A stretch of DNA of 64,000 bases from Styela clava (taxonomy: Eukaryota), in NCBI RefSeq assembly GCF_964204865.1, contig NC_135255.1:11532001-11596000 (forward strand). The letters are read 5' to 3'. The notes under the pieces are model-generated. The model was not told the DNA's origin, did not search any database, and was given only the letters and a program-made list of their open reading frames with translations. Below, piece after piece: positions 61,486-64,000 of this stretch. The position numbers were made by a program, and so were the translations under genes. Position 1 is the stretch's first letter, and each line of letters begins with the position of its first letter.

Positions 61486-63020
61486 GTTACCGTGGCGCAA
61501 ACGTAGCGTAGGCATATGGTAATACATAGTTCTGAGGTTCGAATCCCCCAGGTAGGTGTAAGGAAATGTAGTAGATGAACGCAAGTGGGAAATGTAGATA
61601 ATAGTAGAAAGAAAATAGCAAAAGGGATCCAGGAAGCCAAGCATCAGACAGATGACCAGGCCTGAATGATAGAGGAACATGATATGAACGAAGTAGTGAG
61701 AATCCAGAGAGCCTGTGGCAAGCATAGATCGAAGGTTCCCAATCCCCCAAGGTAGGTGCAAGGAGATGTAGTAAGATGAACGCGGGTGGGAAATAGATAA
61801 TACTAAGAAGAGGCCAGAAGAGAGCAAGATCGACAGATGGAAGGTAATATGGATAATAATAATAGATGGACGCGAGACCATGCCTGAATGATAGAGGAAC
61901 ATGATATGAGCGATGGACGGAGCTCATAGGGAAAACAACCAAATAAATCAAAGAGCGAGAGCGCTCCAGAAGGTTGGGACAAAGGACAACCGGGCCTGGA
62001 AAACAACCAAATCAAAGAGCTTCAGAAGGTTGGCACAGAAGACAACCGGCTCTGCTGGATACTATTAAAAGGAGCCAGGAATGGAGGGAATGAGTAAGAA
62101 ACAACAAGGGATTCGAAGAGCAGGATGTAAAATAGGGGAAGCAGGTTATATGAACGAATGAAGTGAGTGGGCGGGCCTCTGGATAGGGAAGAAAAAGAGT
62201 CCACAAAATAAGAGAAAATCTCTGGATAGGGAAGAAAAAGAGTCCACAAAATAAGAGAAAATTATTTATTATACGAGAACAAAAGAGAGGAAAAAAACAC
62301 AAATGAGCAGGAAGGAAAATGTGACAATTAGATGAACAAATGAGACAAAAATCGAGTCAGAGAGCGCGATCTGGGGGCAAGGAAAATGTGACAATTAGAT
62401 GAACAAATGAGACAAAAATCGAGTCAGAGAGCGCGATCTGGGGGCAAGGAAAATGTGATAATTATTATATGAACAAATGAGTAGCGAGTGAGCCTGGAAG
62501 TAAAACGAAACAACGGGTACGAAATTGTCTCCAGGAGAGAGGAAATATGAGTAAGAAACAACGAGGATTCTTCTAAAGAGCAATTAAGGGAAAAAGCTGA
62601 ACAAAAGAGAGAAAGGCCGGAAAGCCCTGCAGAAGAGCAGTTAAGGGAGGGGGGAAGGAGGAAGAAGAAACACAAATGAGCGGGCGAAAGAAAAAGGTAA
62701 GGCCGGGCACCGCAGGAGGACAGTAAGAGGTCAGAAACACAAATGAACGGGCGGAAAAAAAGAGAGTTAGAGGGCCCGGGGGCAAGGAAAATGTGCCAAA
62801 AGCCATCCTGTGGCTGAGAAGCGTGTTCTGCAAAAAAGCAGAGGATATATCATCGCGGATGAAGAGTGACGAACACTCCGGCGAGATTGTGAAGGATTTG
62901 AATCGTAGGCCAAGAGGATCTGGAGAATACAAAAAGGAAGAAGTTATAAAAGAAGTTGAAACAACATGCGCGCACGTTCAGCCAACACAAGCCTTCAAAA
63001 ATGACATGGTGAGGCGCTAG
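61486..63020 (+). repeat. Purine-rich composite repeat with tRNA-like head and internal tandem duplications
   Basis: A-box-like TGGCGCAAACG and B box GGTTCGAATCCC (61536-61547); ~200-bp duplication (61535-61700 vs 61735-61910); 43-bp x2 (62177-62262); 67-bp x2+ (62312-62458). Confidence 0.7.
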
Positions 63021-63937
63021 CTAATTCAACTCATTTTTAAGCTTGTTATGTTTAAGAAGTTCAAATATTTTTTTGTGAGAGGTTTCTTCAGTTTGAATAC
63101 GATACCGGGATGAACAACAACAATCGGGTGTGGAGTCTACGGCGGTGGCGAGTCCAGCAATTCTCTGGCACATACTTATCGCTCGAATAGATGCCGGCCC
63201 ACGAATGGTAATCGTAGGTGCGATATGTCATGTGACATTTTCTATGCAATGTCAGCTTAAATACGCCATTAAAATATATAATTGTCCATAATTTATACAT
63301 CATTTTGTGAAAATTAAATTTCTCTATCATCATTTGGATAAAACATTGATACATACGTGGTGAGTGGGAAATCCCAAAACACCCACTTTGATCTTTTTAT
63401 GTCCAATCTTTGTATTTAAGAATAAAAGCAATGTCGTCAAGCGCATTCATAACCATCAGCTCCAGCACGATTCACCACTCCCGTACAAATTATTCAAGAA
63501 TACATATCGATGTCTTTTTATACAGATACCTATTTCATAAATTTTCGGAATGGAAAAAATATGGGATATCACGAGAGTGCGGGCGGGAGTCTGAGCCAGT
63601 CTAGTTCGGAGCGAATGACGAATTGAATTTGAAAATGAATCTTGTAAGCCAAGTCCGTCGAGACGAATGACAACTCCGGCGAATACGCCTCAATTGTCTT
63701 ATGGATGTATGGCCAAGACATGCACGGTTAATTGATTTTGAATGTAAAGTTAAATTTGTAGACAGCTAGGCTACCGGTACGGTAATTTTTGAAATAATGC
63801 AGTGAATGGAAAACGAATAAAAGTAAAACGTTTAGAAAACCGCCAGACAGGCGGTAACGGAGACGACATTCAGACGCTTTAACTTCACAAAACTGGAAAA
63901 GGAAGACAGGCAAGATAATTACAAATTAGACAATAAC

Positions 63938-64000
63938 GGTAGGATAGGATAGGATTTACATATTTATCCTTGGGGAGAGGAAAGCCGATAAGACGGCTTA
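63938..64000 (-). mobile_element. 3' tail of the tRNA-SINE family, cut by the window edge
   Basis: GGTAGGATAGGATAGGATTTACATATTTAT...GAAAGCCGATAAGACGGCTTA matches the tails at 24941-25000 and 26428-26480. Confidence 0.7.

Noticed and set aside
62177-62458. CRISPR-like array
   Set aside because: Units are contiguous tandem copies without unique spacers, and the context is eukaryotic.
61483-62932. Overlapping F/S/L-rich minus-strand ORFs
   Set aside because: By-product of the pyrimidine-rich repeat strand.

Overview
AT-rich animal genomic DNA with spliceosomal GT-AG introns. The compact, same-strand clusters of intronless genes with unpaired splice acceptors suggest an ascidian/tunicate; this is an inference. 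Left half (about 3.9-29.0 kb, +): one 19-exon secreted-type ECM gene that fuses Ig-Ig-TSP1-VWD-C8-TIL modules to a CILP-like Ig and C-terminal region; its 5' end is unresolved. Right half: two divergent housekeeping clusters, minus strand NDUFA2 > LRRC46 > SMARCE1 and plus strand PDSS2 > COQ3 > AUH > MRPL3 > PPIL4, followed by a convergent RHBDD1. Six consecutive genes have intronless CDSs, five of the eight cluster genes are mitochondrial, and the two ubiquinone-pathway genes PDSS2 and COQ3 are only 30 bp apart, giving a candidate trans-spliced eukaryotic 'CoQ/mitochondrial' operon. Introns and flanks hold a Penelope-like (GIY-YIG) insertion with a 15-bp TSD, an inverted tail and a hammerhead ribozyme, a second covarying hammerhead copy, tRNA-derived SINEs, several hAT MITEs with 8-bp TSDs, a 36-bp palindromic transposon footprint, and an unexplained purine-rich composite repeat near the end. 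Exon boundaries were read by eye and checked for phase consistency; no database searches were run.
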